Source: Paramecium tetraurelia (Eukaryota). Taken from it: DNA of 64,000 nucleotides. Below, piece after piece: positions 51,798 through 64,000 of this stretch (its first letter is position 1; every line of letters starts with the position of its first letter). The DNA lies in assembly GCA_000165425.1 (NCBI GenBank), contig CT868319.1, positions 124,001 to 188,000 on the forward strand, in the 5' to 3' direction. A model generated the notes under the pieces. It saw only the letters and a list, made by a program, of their open reading frames with translations, did not search any database and was not told the origin of the DNA. The translations under genes and the position numbers were made by a program.

Positions 51798-51983
51798 ATG
51801 AAACTCAGTCAAATGTTAAGGTGGACAACAACTGATGGCAAACACTTATTAATGAGAATGTTTTATTTCACCTACATACCAATTATTTTGATTTTAGGTA
51901 AATGACAAATACCATGTATTTAATTAGGTTATAAATCAATGAACATTTAGGCATTATTCCCTCAATTAGCATCTAAACAATGA
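51798..51983 (+). CDS. TOM7: Tom7-like small mitochondrial outer-membrane translocase subunit (51 aa)
   Basis: Two exons (30-nt intron 51898-51927) give MKLSQMLRWTTTDGKHLLMRMFYFTYIPIILILGYKSMNIQALFPQLASKQ; FYFTYIPIILILG matches the Tom7 FHYGFIPLVIYLG-type signature. Confidence 0.7.
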
Positions 51984-52170
51984 AAGGATATTTGATATTT
52001 ATGATCTATAAGCAAATTAAACATATTATTCAAATTATTTGAAATATTGCAAATTTTATGATTATAGAATCTGAGCATCATATATTTTGCTAGAAATAGC
52101 AAATTAATATAAATTCAATTACTCTATAAAATTAAAAGCAATATTATTTCAACAAAATTTTAATCGTAAA

Positions 52171-53337
52171 ATGGGAGAAGAATTTGGTTTTGATAAAGAG
52201 AGATTCGTGAATTATAATCAAGACATCTTTGATTGTCCAATATGTTCATGTGTTGCTAGGCTTCCAAAAGATTGTAGTGCATGTGGATCAGTTTTTTGTG
52301 GACCTTGTGTAGATTCATGGCTTAAAAAACAATAGTAATTTATTCATCTAATCATTTAGAGAGTGCATCAATAGATGTCCTAAGAACTCAGTAATATAAG
52401 GAATTTAAAAGTCATTAAAGAAAATATATGATGATCTCGAGATTAGATGTAATTTTTTAAAATAAATAAATAGGTTAGTTTTGTACTAAACCTTTTAAGA
52501 TAGCTGAAATTGACAAGCATGAGATGAACTGTTAAATGCCCAAATGCACTAACTACGACGTCTGTGGAAACAATTTAGGAACAAATGAATTTGAGAAGCA
52601 AAAGGTATAGTTAATTATTAATTAAATTTAGGTTTGTGATCAAGCTTGTCTACTTTTGAGTAGAATTAAATAAACAAAAAATAAATAAGACCTCTATTCA
52701 TGTTTAAAATAATATGTAAAAGACAAAAAACCAATTATTCAAATTTCACCATATAATTTTAACATTCCAGCTGTTTAGAATCAGGAATATCCAGTTTTTA
52801 AATGGGATAGATAGAGAATGGGAACTGGCATAACATTCTCTGATGGAGATACAAAAATATTCTTAAAGGAATAAGCCTATATGTTTAGAACAGCTCTTGC
52901 TACTTATGGGTTTGAAAAAGGCATTGGATATTGGGAAATTGAAGCAGATGAAAAAACAGAAAATGAATTAAAGATTGGAGTATCCACTTAAAGAGAATTC
53001 AATTATAATACTGCATTTTGTGACTTTGAATTTGGATGGGCTTATTATGGATTAGCATAGGTATCAAATCTCCTTTATATTTCAATAGTTGCGTCATAAT
53101 AGTAATGCTACTGGACCATCTTTTGGAAGGAGATTTAAGAAGGATGGAATCTTAGGAGTTTGTTTGAATATGAACACCGGAACTTTAAAATTTAGTTTAA
53201 ATGGAGATCTTATGGGAACTGCCTATACTGATGAAAAATTGAAACATGGGCCCATATACCCTGCTGTTTCATTACTTCATTGTGCAGGCTGTAAATTAAT
53301 AACTGGTAAACCTCTTCCCACCATATTCTAGATTTGA
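52171..53337 (+). CDS. RING finger + TRAF-like Zn finger + SPRY/B30.2 protein (probable E3 ligase)
   Basis: CPICSC…CSACGSVFCGPC…C; HEMNC; SPRY motifs GIGYWEI, KIGVS, GILGVCLNM…L.FSLNG and IYPAVSL. Confidence 0.88.
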
Positions 53338-53357
53338 TTTATAAAAATAGTTAAACT

Positions 53358-55632
53358 TCATTAACTTTATTAGTCAAACATTTTTACACATAGATCTTCC
53401 TCATCTTCTTACATAGCTCCTCTTCTTGTGGGGTTACGTTATCTATTATATATTTTGTGTTGGATATCAATAAGTTTAGATAACTTGAATACAATTTATA
53501 ATTCAGGACCTAATTTTTAAATAAGTGCTTTGTTTGTATAGACTGTATCAGTTGATTGAAGGATGTCATCATATGCCTTGTCTCTTAATATAAATTTACA
53601 TTAAATATTTTAGAATAAATTAAGTGATCCCCAAGCAAACTAAAGTAATTTCGAGACCATTATTTTTAATTTACTAATTGTAAAGAATCTTCTCTAATTA
53701 ATTTAAATAAATTATACTTCTCTGTTATTCCTGGACTCTTTACTATTTATTCAATTAGTTGTCTTGATGGTTAAGCTGTATTGTTTTCTAAGTTTATTTA
53801 TGGTTTAGGAGTAAAATTAAACATAAGAAGCTATTTATAATTAAAAACTGTTTCTTTTAATTTGTCTAATTCATTTAATTTTAAAAGTATGTGATGGACA
53901 TCCAATTAATCTAAAATATTTTCACTTAAAATTAAATATCATATATACAATGCTTTATTCATAAGTATCACTCTAGGGTTATTTTTAAATAATTTCCCAC
54001 AACTAATATAATTACAAAATATTATAAAGTCTAAGTAGATCGGTTTCTATCTTTCAATTATATTAATAATTTATTTTTAAAAGTAATCTAAACCTGTCAT
54101 TTATTTTAACTTTTCAGCCATCCTATATTATTGCCTATATGCTTCCCTAGTTGATTTTGATTTGGTTGTATTTTTTGTATAAGTTCCACCTGTATTTACA
54201 AATAAATTTAGTAGATTATACCGTTAAGATATATTAGGTGATAATTTTTCTTCCATTTGTTAATTATCTTATTCATTAATGTTTTCATCTGAATTTGCAT
54301 GAATATGATTTTCTCTGTGTTGCATAAATTCATCAATCAATTCCAAATTTTCTTGATGTTGCCTATTTAGCAACGTTGAGTCTATTTAAAATTCAAATAT
54401 TTTATTAGCTAACTCAATTAAAACTATTATAGTTTTTTCATTTACATTAGATTCTGTTGTAAAGACCTATGGCTAAGCCAATAAAAAAGAAAAATGCTTG
54501 TTAAATTCCACCTAAATTTGAAAGCAACTCATCAATTTTTTGATAATTTCTTACAAATTTTGTTTTAAATGGATTAAGTTAAAAATTAAATGTTGCAAAT
54601 ACTAAATCGCTTGATGTACCAATATCCGACATTTCTTTAATATCAGTTTGATCAATTTAAAAAACAGTATCTTATTGGATGTCACTAAGAAATGTATCAA
54701 ACATTACCTAAAAGGCATTAAACTTTAATCATTTATAAACTCATATTTCCTAAAGTAAATGTTGGCTTGTCTATTTATTTAATGAGGAACGAATGTAAAA
54801 TAAATTTAATCATCTAAAAAGACAGATCGATATTATTGTTTATATGGATTTATTATCTATCACCATGAAAGTAATTTTTACTTAGTTAATAGTATAGATT
54901 GAAATTTTAAATGATCCCATTGCTTTTAAATATTCATCTATTTCTTCTTGTGATGCACAATCCACTTTTTCATTATTTTCACATTTTGCAATTTACAATG
55001 TAAAAAATTAAAACTCGCTGCCTAAAAATCATTTTATAATTTACTTGTGTATGTTCCTCCCATAGATAAGGTTGTGTTTTATCTATTAATTGAATATAAT
55101 TTTACTAAGGACATAGAAAGTCATTGATTCCTAGAATCTTAAATTGTTCTTCAAAGTCATTTTGGTATTTGGAGAATATGCTCTAAAACCGATCTATCGT
55201 ACAAGGGATCAATGGAAGATTGAAGGAACTCTTGGTTTACTATCCATTCTGATTTCTCCTATATTGCCTCAAATAAGGAATACAAACTACTTTTATTCCA
55301 GTGTTAAATTGAAATAAGGAGATGCAGTGAAGTTATTTTGTTCAATCTTAAATGCAAACATGAATTCTGAATTGTCAACTTAAATCTGTTGTATTTAGTC
55401 TTCATACTCATTGGATGAGACTACTTTCAAGTATTCTTTCAAAAAGAAAGATGAGAGACTTTAAGAGTAAAAATAAATCATAAGAAAAAGCACTGCAATA
55501 GAGAATCCTCCTCCAATTTTGGTACGATAATAGTTTTATTTATTCATTCGAAGAAATACAATCTAGCCGAAAACATCAACTCTCTATAAACCTGACTAAT
55601 TGAATAATTGTACCCCATTTTAGTGTTTGCAT
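53358..55632 (-). CDS. Two-TM Cys-rich-ectodomain ciliate family member #5
   Basis: MQTLKW/intron/GLQRVDVFGQ…YRTKIGG; LIPCTIDRF; KIDELLSNLGG + TM2; LDVHHILLKLNELDKLK…FNFTPKP. Confidence 0.87.
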
Positions 55633-55654
55633 TAATTATATATAAAATAAAAGA

Positions 55655-58017
55655 TCAATCAATTACTTAACATTTCATCTGGTAAATTTTGTGTATTTCT
55701 ACAAAATATATCATTATTAGAATTTGCTCGAAGTCTTCTTAACCCATCAAAATCAAGCAATTTCGATAATTTGAAGATCGCCTATATTTCATCTCCTAAT
55801 TTCTTGATTAACTTTTTATTGACATCATGCTATGGATTTAGTTCTGAACTTTATTGAAGAACAGCGTCATAAGCCTAGAATCAAAATGATAATACTCTAT
55901 AAATCCTGTTATAAATTCTCATATCTTTATCCAAGCTTACAGCACGAAAAAATTATTTATGAATTGGTTTACGTTTTACTAGATTTTATTTCTTTTTATC
56001 ATCACAAATTGTCTCATTCCTAATTATATTCATATTCCTTACATTGTATTTCTAACTCTTTCCTCGAGGATCGTTCTATTGAATGGCATTTCCTTATCTT
56101 CTTCTAAAGAGATTATAGGTTTTGAAGTAAAATTGAAAAGCAGTTACTATGAATTAGATAGTAATATTTCTTTCATTTTGTCAATTTCATTTAACCTTGT
56201 AATAATGTTGAATACATCTAACTACTCATTAATTTTGTCACTTAAATTAAAATACAATAATAGTATACAGTGCAGAATTGTAGAATTAAACTGATTTTGA
56301 ATTTTAGAAGACTTTTCGAAAGCAAATTTAATTGAGAAATATTGTTATATTAAATCGTAAAGGTTACGATCTATTTAAAATTAGATTGATCTATTTTTTA
56401 AAGTAATCTAGGCCACTCACACACTTCAATTATTGTGCCAATACTCCATGATCCTTTATGGCTTACTATGTAAATTAGTTACTCTTGTCATCATTTTCAT
56501 AAGAAAATTAGTTGTTGCATTCATTATTCTCAGTTGTAGGTCTATCAGTTAAAACAATATGTTGTTCGGGTTGACCCTTACCAAAGAGTTTGAAAATCTT
56601 ACTCTGATGCTTGATTTAACTACTTGGAATAATTTATTATTATCCTTCTTTGTTAACATAGTATTCATGTCGAAATTGTCGATCTTCATACACATTATTG
56701 ATTAGTTCAAGATTTAATTGATGCTATTTGTTTTATTCATCCCCATCCGAACTAAATTCATATATTTTATTTGACAATTCCACCATCACTAAATTGATAC
56801 TGAACCATTACTTTTTTATTTGTTATAGGCTGCTATAATGAATCCCATTACTATTAATGATATTTACAGCAATCCTCCTAATTTGGATAATAAGTCAGTC
56901 ACACTTTAATTGTTTCTTTCAACTGATATTGTAATGGGACTTTTTCTAAAATAGAATGATGCAAAGGTAGTATCTTAATCCCTACCTAAATCTATTACTT
57001 CTTTGGTTTCAGTGTTGTCTATTGAAATAAAATTAAAATTTTCGTTATAACTTAGTCATAAATTAAATTTACTTCAATGAATAAAAATCTAAGTTATTCC
57101 TAAACTTATATTCTCGAAAATAAATATTTGCATACTTATTTAATTTTTTCGGTACAAATGATAAATAACTTTAATCATCCAAGAAAATAGAAATATAATC
57201 TGATCCAATCTTGTTTGGATTAATTACCTAAATATAAAAAACTCATACTTTGTTTATTAAATAGACTTATACTTTGAATGCTCCTGATAAGTCTAATTAA
57301 CTTTAGAGTTCATCATTAGGAGCACAGGTGCTGTTTTCTAAAATTTAGGATGGATTGCAAGCAGATACTTCAATTTTAAGAAAATTGAAATAATTAGCTA
57401 ATTTATAAAATTAATCTTACATGCAAATGTACCACCAATATTCATCCTGATATTATTTCTATGATAGAGTACTAATAAATACTTTGGACATAACAAGTTC
57501 TCCAATTGCAAATGAGTAAAGTCTTCTGAAAAATTCTTACCATATTTCAGAAAAATAGTTTGAAATCTTTCCAATTTGCAAGGCTCAAGAGGAAGGTAGG
57601 TGACATTTTTTTAAATTGATCCGTTATCCAATCTTTCGTATTCTCTGAATTAGAATATATTATAAATTACCTTTGCTGCAGAGTGACTGAAAAATAAGGC
57701 TGGGTTAAAAAGTTCTATTATTCAATTCCAAATGCTATTATGAAATCCTGATCATCGAGTTGGAGATTGGAAAGATCATTATCATAGACTTAAGTTTATT
57801 TTGTTATAATGTTTTTTCCTTCTAAATAGTTGAGAAAATTGCTTGAGAAAAAGAGAAACACGAGAAAAATAGTTGTTATTGATGTAAATCCACCAAATAT
57901 TGATTAATATATTGATTATTGATTCATACCTAAGGATGGTGATTGAGCAAATATATCACAAGCTTTCAAATCTAAATAATAATCATAAAAACAATTACAT
58001 GAATTTATTCTTTACAT
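55655..58017 (-). CDS. Two-TM Cys-rich-ectodomain ciliate family member #6
   Basis: MQRINS/intron/YLKACDIFAQ…YQSIFGG; LEPCKLERF, LLCP; KVTDLLSKFGG + TM2; LDVFNIITRLNEIDKMK…FNFTSKP. Confidence 0.87.
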
Positions 58018-58261
58018 CTTAAATATTTATTTTAATTATATTATAATATGATCAAACAAAAAAGATAACTTAATTAATAAATTTAAAATTTACATTCTCA
58101 GTTATCATTTGAATAACCAATCTCTCATGTTTAAACTAATGAGACACATAATTTGGTATTATTCTTTTAATAAACGACGTTTTTAGTTATTTAATATTAT
58201 GTAAATAATAGAAATATTCTTTCAATAATAATGATTCTAAATAAAATATATAGATTATGAG

Positions 58262-59172
58262 TCATAAATTTAATTCATCTCTATCCAATATAAATGAAGC
58301 CATCACTTTATCATATATAGAAAATAGCTCTCCATAAAATACAATTGCTAAACACCCTCTCATGGTTCTATACTTGCCAATGATTTCAGTCATCTCATTA
58401 TAATAGGTTCTTGCTATTTTAGAGAATCAATATACTTTTCTTAGGAGTCAGCTATTCCAAAGGGTATGACACTATTTCTGCAATAGTAGTTATTACAAAT
58501 GATAATGCTATTTTGGTTATTATGTTGTTAAAGAAAGGAATCACTTGCAAGTACTTTTGGAAATGATTGTAGCCTCCAAAATATATTGCTCTATAAATTG
58601 CAGTGCTCAATAATGAAAGTGGAAATCCTCTATATAATGTAAGGATTCCCTCTGTTTTGATGATTCTGATGAATTAGGTTGCGAAAGTGTTCTCAAAAAG
58701 AGAAATTCTCTTATATTCAGGGTCTTTTAGTTTTAATCTTGCTACTAGGAAAGGATAGTTTAAAAATAAGTGAGTCATCCCAGCCAAACCTCCTGCTATG
58801 AATGCATTTTTTGATTGTTTGTCATCTTTGAGATAGGAATTTATAAGTTTTTTGTATGTGTCATTGATGGCAAACAATAATCCATGGGAGAATATATATC
58901 TGAGATCATCAGGATGGCTTCTCCAGAGATGATTGATGCCCTTTGGATCAATACATTGATGATACTTCAGCACGATCATATAAAATTTGGATCAAAGTTC
59001 GATGATGGCTTTTGAAAGGATTTCGTTATTGTTGGATGTTCAGCATTTGATAACGTTGTAATGGAGTGCAGATTAAAATTGTCGTAAAATAGCTTAGGGA
59101 TCCTAACACAAAGTCTTTGATAAATTTTTGTTTAGTAGTGAGATTTTGATTTATATATTTTGATTAATTCAT
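58262..59172 (-). CDS. Mitochondrial carrier (SLC25) protein, divergent ADP/ATP-carrier-like
   Basis: Three-repeat layout with PLQRYQ, YPFLVARLKL and YPLEQ; EGINHLWR, EGILTLYRGF, FIAGGLAG; one intron. Confidence 0.85.
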
Positions 59173-59582
59173 TAATGTAATAAAAAAAAAATATTGTAGA
59201 ATTATTGTTGAAATATTATGTTACAAATTGCATTTCAAAAAGACAGTCCTATATTCCCTATGATTATTATTAGTATATTCTATAAAGGGTTTTGATAAGA
59301 TTTTGTTTTTCTTTGTTTTTAGTTTTATATTTGGATATTCTGCATATTTCTTCTTCTATTTTTAGTATTTGATTATGTAGAGATTTATCCAAACTCCATG
59401 CTCAAATTTAAACTTAACAAATTGTTTAATGATTCCCTTAATTAACCATACTAGATAATATGAAATACATATATAAACATAACATTAATGGTGGTTTGAG
59501 CAATTTATAGGGTGGGATTGAAGAATGATAATATTATGAATTTCTTTATAGTTTGATATATATTTTAATTAAAAAAATAAAA

Positions 59583-60908
59583 ATGAAGAAATAAGATTGG
59601 AAATTCATGTAAGTATTTGGTGACAAAGCCTCTTCTGATAATGTGAGTGATGAAGACATTATCTCAGCAGTGTAATTTGAAAGGACTGGAAGATTTTTAG
59701 GATTGGGAGACAGGGCAGGACGTTTAATAGTTTTTGAAGTTCCATAAACAAAGAAGAAAGATAAGGCAGAATATTAGTATAAATATTGAGCGATTGTATA
59801 GGTATTTGACTGAACTTCAATCTCATACAAGAGAGTTTGATTTCTTAAAGAGTACTGATATTGAGGAGAAGATCAATCAAGTTCAGTGGCTGAGAGGACA
59901 AGGTAAAAACATGTACGTTTTGACTACTAATGATAAAACAGTGAAGTTGTGGAAGATCAGTGAGAAGAATGTCACTAAAGTTATTAAACCAAGTGGAAAG
60001 GATTTAGCAATGCCCAAACTACAGGTTGTTGAAAGTGGACTCATTCCAAGGTAATTTAATATATTCTATAAATTCAAGTGTGAGAAAAGTATTTCCAAAT
60101 CTACATAATTATCATATAAATTCATTAACTGCTTCCAATAACGAAGAATTCGTTTTGACCTCAGATGATTTAAAGGTGTATCTATGGAGTGTTGAATAAC
60201 CCTCAAAGGCCTTTGTAGCTGTTGACTTGAAACCAGAGAATTTAGATGAATTAAGTGAAGTGATCACATCCTCTACTTTTCATCCAACTTTGGATAATTA
60301 ATTTTTGTATACTACCAGCAAAGGAATCATCAAACTGTGTGATATGAGGAAGTCAGGTATATGTGATAATACTGCAATCACTATGGCTGAACCTGAGGAT
60401 CCAGCCAAGAAGAATTTCTTCACAGAAATAGTCACATCCATATCTGATGCATGTTTTAGTAGAAATGGAAAATACATTTTCTCAAGAGATTTCCTTACTG
60501 TAAAAGTTTGGGACATTGCTATGGCCAATAAACCAGTTGCTACCGTCTAAGTCTTTGAACCACTTAAATCTAAATTATGTGATCTGTATGAAAATGAATG
60601 CATTTTTGACAAGTTTTCAATTGCCTCTACTCTGGACTCCAATAGCTTTATTACTGGAAATTTCAATAGCACTTTTCATGTTGTAGATAGAATGGGTAGC
60701 ACTTATTAGTATTTTAGGTGAATGCAATCAATAATATGAACTAAACTTCAATAAGAAAACTATTGTGAGATAAATCCCACCTAAGTACTTCGAGAATTTG
60801 GGATCATCCTATGATTTTAATCGTAAGGTTTAGAAATTGAGTATGTGCCAAACCTAGAATCTTGTTGCTGTCGCTTGCCTCAATTGTCTCTATTTCTACA
60901 CAGCATGA
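59583..60908 (+). CDS. PP2A regulatory subunit B55/PR55 (WD40)
   Basis: DIISAVQFERTG, FQ-like SHTREFDFLKS.DIEEKINQ, TNDKTVKLWK, HNYHINS, SRDFLTVKVWD, LCDLYENECIFDKF. Confidence 0.96.
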
Positions 60909-60955
60909 CAATTACGTATTTATCCAATTATAAATATATACGATATAAATGCTAA

Positions 60956-61160
60956 TCAGACAATATGTAGAGTTTCAGTTATAATTCTATTCCCTTCTAG
61001 AGATATTCTTACTCTATAATCCATATACACCATAGAGTTTCAGTAAATGATTAGACATCTAATTTAGGATTGTAAACAAGTATTATTCTACTTTGCTTCT
61101 TCAACTATCTTACCAACATATTCTGGCCAGAGATTTCTTGCCTTGAGGTGGATGAATGTC
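60956..61160 (-). pseudogene. Frameshifted potato-inhibitor-I (MEROPS I13) family relic
   Basis: Pieces across three frameshifts: PQGKKS / WPEYVGKIVEEAK / IILVYNPKLDV / NSMVYMDYRVRI…ETLHIV*. Confidence 0.65.
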
Positions 61161-61442
61161 GATTTAATACTTTATTTTATATTCAGAGAAATTATTATAA
61201 TTTGTTAAGATTTTAATCACTAAATGTTTTATTGTTTATGCATCTAGTCAATCATAATATAGACTAAGTTTCAATTGCAACAGAATTGTGCTGATCACAT
61301 CGATAAAAATAGATTAATCCATAATGGATTATAAATGTATATATATAGGAAGAAGAAGAAAAGAAGGCAGTTCCAAATTAACTGCTTTTAATTTATTGAA
61401 CATGTGGCTATGTATGTTTATTTATTATACTATCATATACTA

Positions 61443-61714
61443 TCATTTTTTTGTTTTGTATTTTGCACCAAGAACGAGTTACAACTTTCCTCCTGTAGAT
61501 CTTCCCAATTGACTTGAGCATTTACTAACACTATAAAGGGCAATCATTACATGCAAGTGATAATGCCTCTGGCGTGGGAGAATACGGTGTTATTAGCTTG
61601 GCACTATGGGCATTTGACATCCATGAAGTATGAGTTTGGAGCTTAAATCAATCTCTTTAATTTATGCTTTCTCTTTTCGCTTTCATATTAAGGTCTCAAT
61701 AAATCTTGGTCCAT
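61443..61714 (-). CDS. RPS27: 40S ribosomal protein S27 (eS27)
   Basis: [25 protein letters not shown]…VFSHA…C..C…STGGK; one intron. Confidence 0.96.
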
Positions 61715-61867
61715 TATTTAAATTTATTTTTAAATTAATTTATTTATTTCAAATACTCTAATGAACCACAAGAGATACTCTTTCAGATGTGGACACCCTC
61801 TAAAATAAAAACTAATTAACTAATCCTTCAATATATTTACTAAAAAAGATAATATACTCATTTCTAA

Positions 61868-63483
61868 TCAACCAATAGATAGTACATCCTTCTCTTGTTC
61901 GATTATCTGATTATTCTTCTCTTTCATAGTTTAAAATACCTATAACGAAGCAATAGCATCTAAGGCAGCATAATGAATTTAAGCTTTTCTCAATGGCCTG
62001 TATTCCCAATTGCTACAAGTGTCATACTTACTTAACTTCTTTTTAAAATAGAATTCTGATATATATGCCAATGATCTGAGTTTGGGATCCCCCTCTAATA
62101 CTTTGAAGCAGGTTGACAATTCTATAATTGATCTAATTATTATATTATTCAATTTCAAGTAGTTTACAGTATGCTTCAAATCATCCTTCAAACTCAACCC
62201 AATTTTCAAAATTTCGACATTCTCCAACAACTAAGACACATCATTTTTGAATTCTTAAAATTCTTTGAGTTTTTAATAGTCAAACAAAAAAACATGATTA
62301 GAAGTGGCAATCTAAACCAAACAGACTTTAAATCCTTAATAATCTAGCTTAGTCCAAGGTGTTATATGCTCACAGTCATAACCTATTGAATAACAATAAA
62401 GAATACCAACAGCATTACTTTAGTTAATGCATTTCCATGCATCCAAGTAATTCTGATCAATCTTATCAACAATAACAATATGATTTTCAGGATAACCAAA
62501 ATCCTTGCAATGTAAATAAACACCAATTTCATCGCTTATAAATTCTTCGGCAGGTTTGAATTCATCCTTTAAAAACAATACGTTTGGAATCTCTTCGAAT
62601 TATCCCTTTAAATCCTTTTCCATTTCTTCCTTCAAATTGGGTTTCTTAATTTCATTTATTAAGTTATTTCGTTTTATAATAGAGAGGGCTTCATTTTTTT
62701 TGCCATGAAAATATGCATCTTCACAGTAATACACCAATAATGATTTTGAGAACATTAACATTTCCTCACATTTAAACCAAGGGTATTCTGATTACAAATA
62801 TCTTGTGCAACTCTTTTCAAGTCTCTCAACTATTTTTGGATAATTAGCTGGATTATAGTCTAATTTCATAATAAAATCAGCTGCTCTGCCAGCATCATGA
62901 TTATTTCCCATTTACTCTATTAAAGTATCGAAACACTTCTAAGGTAATTGTAATGCTTAATAAAATTGAAAGGCATCCTAAAATTTCTTTTTATTTACGA
63001 AATCTTGAAAATGTTAAAACAAACTAAAAGTATATATATATATTGTACTTCTCATCAGTTATCTAAGCTTTTAATTCGAAAAGCTCGATGAATTCTTACA
63101 ACTCTTAAACCTATAAATTCTTCCAATTTTTTGCAATTCCAGAATTTGAAAGCTGTTTCAAATTCATTTAGTCTTTATTCTTTTTCAAATATTGAAATAA
63201 GACTCTGATGAACACTCTTTGAACATTGTTTTTGAGCAATTCTTCAAAGATCTTTTATAAATTAAACTCAAACTTCTCTTTATTGTTTTGGTCCAAAACC
63301 TTTTAAAATTAAGTGTTGATCAACTAATATTATGTTAGATTCGAATACATTGAAAGATGGTTTGTTTATTGCGATGTATTTCTTTAATTCTTCAAATCCA
63401 TCACATTCACCTATGACCTTTTACATGATGTGGATGAATTCTTCATCATAAAACACATCCTCTTCTTCGGCATTCTACTACAT
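61868..63483 (-). CDS. DEDDy 3'-5' exonuclease (WRN-exo / MUT-7/EXD3-like)
   Basis: ExoI GYDCEH, LVQIAT, ExoII KIGLSLKDD, ExoIII SNWEYRPLRKAQIHYAALDA; long helical N-terminus. Confidence 0.88.
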
Positions 63484-63604
63484 TGAATTAATTCTTTTTT
63501 AAAATAATAATAAATAAAACTGATTATGTTATGTAAAGTCTGAATAGAGAATATAATACAATTTGAAATTGTTTTAGATCTAAGTTTAGTGAATATAACT
63601 AAAT

Positions 63605-64000
63605 TCATTTTTATTTAGAGAATGTTGTGTTGATGGTAGAAAATAATAATCTACTGAGATTGGATATATTATTTTAGATTGTACCTACTATGTTGTATAT
63701 CAATTCAACAGTTGTTATCAAACTCTGATAGAGATTGGTTATTACAGCTATTACGATGGCTAAAGCATACATATACAATTGCAGCAATAGAATCACCCTG
63801 TAGCATTTGTTGTCATATGACCATGCATATTTTACATATAAACTATTGTAAGTGTAAATCCTTAAGAATAAATCTGAAATTAAAATAAAGGGCAACAACA
63901 TTAAACTTATTAACATTGCTAAAAATAATCCAAACATCAATTTTAATACTGAGATGCAAATCTTTTTAACTCGATTCTCTTATTAATTAAATTTGCTATT
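63605..64000 (-). CDS. Hypothetical membrane protein, 3' part (runs off the window)
   Basis: Open code-6 frame from the window edge with two hydrophobic segments; TGA at 63605-63607. Confidence 0.55.

Noticed and set aside
1..64000. Transposons, CRISPR arrays, rRNA, retained IESs
   Set aside because: No transposase or reverse-transcriptase motifs, terminal repeats, spaced direct repeats or rRNA-like sequence were seen; IES retention cannot be judged without germline reads.

Overview
Gene-dense, very AT-rich eukaryotic DNA from a ciliate macronuclear genome, most likely Paramecium. Genes only read through if TAA/TAG encode Gln (table 6; TGA is the only stop), and they carry tiny ~20-31 nt GT..AG introns, so the supplied ORF track is fragmentary and often in the wrong frame or strand. 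By hand translation I find about 33 protein genes, one tRNA-Gln(TTG), at least two pseudogenes and one assembly gap. Recognisable products include a MORN/IQ protein, a cNMP-binding protein, a TTLL tubulin ligase with a 57-codon polyQ, a trichocyst matrix protein, three CNBD-type GYG K+ channels, a membrane-anchored bZIP, RPS12, RPS27, an EPL1/EPC-like protein, a NEK kinase, an STPG/PG-rich protein, an EamA transporter, a Tom7-like protein, a RING-SPRY protein, a mitochondrial carrier, PP2A B55 and a DEDDy exonuclease. The most interesting signals are: (i) six copies of an uncharacterised two-TM, Cys-rich-ectodomain family whose architecture and pre-TM2 'LLS.LGG' motif resemble DEG/ENaC channels; (ii) a perfect 180-nt tract, intron included, shared by two otherwise diverged members of that family exactly over TM2; (iii) two K+ channels with an almost uncharged S4, a degenerate CNBD and a CX2CX4HX4C zinc knuckle; (iv) an ATF6/CREB3-like membrane-tethered bZIP. 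All coordinates were derived by hand and family assignments come from motif recognition, not database searches.
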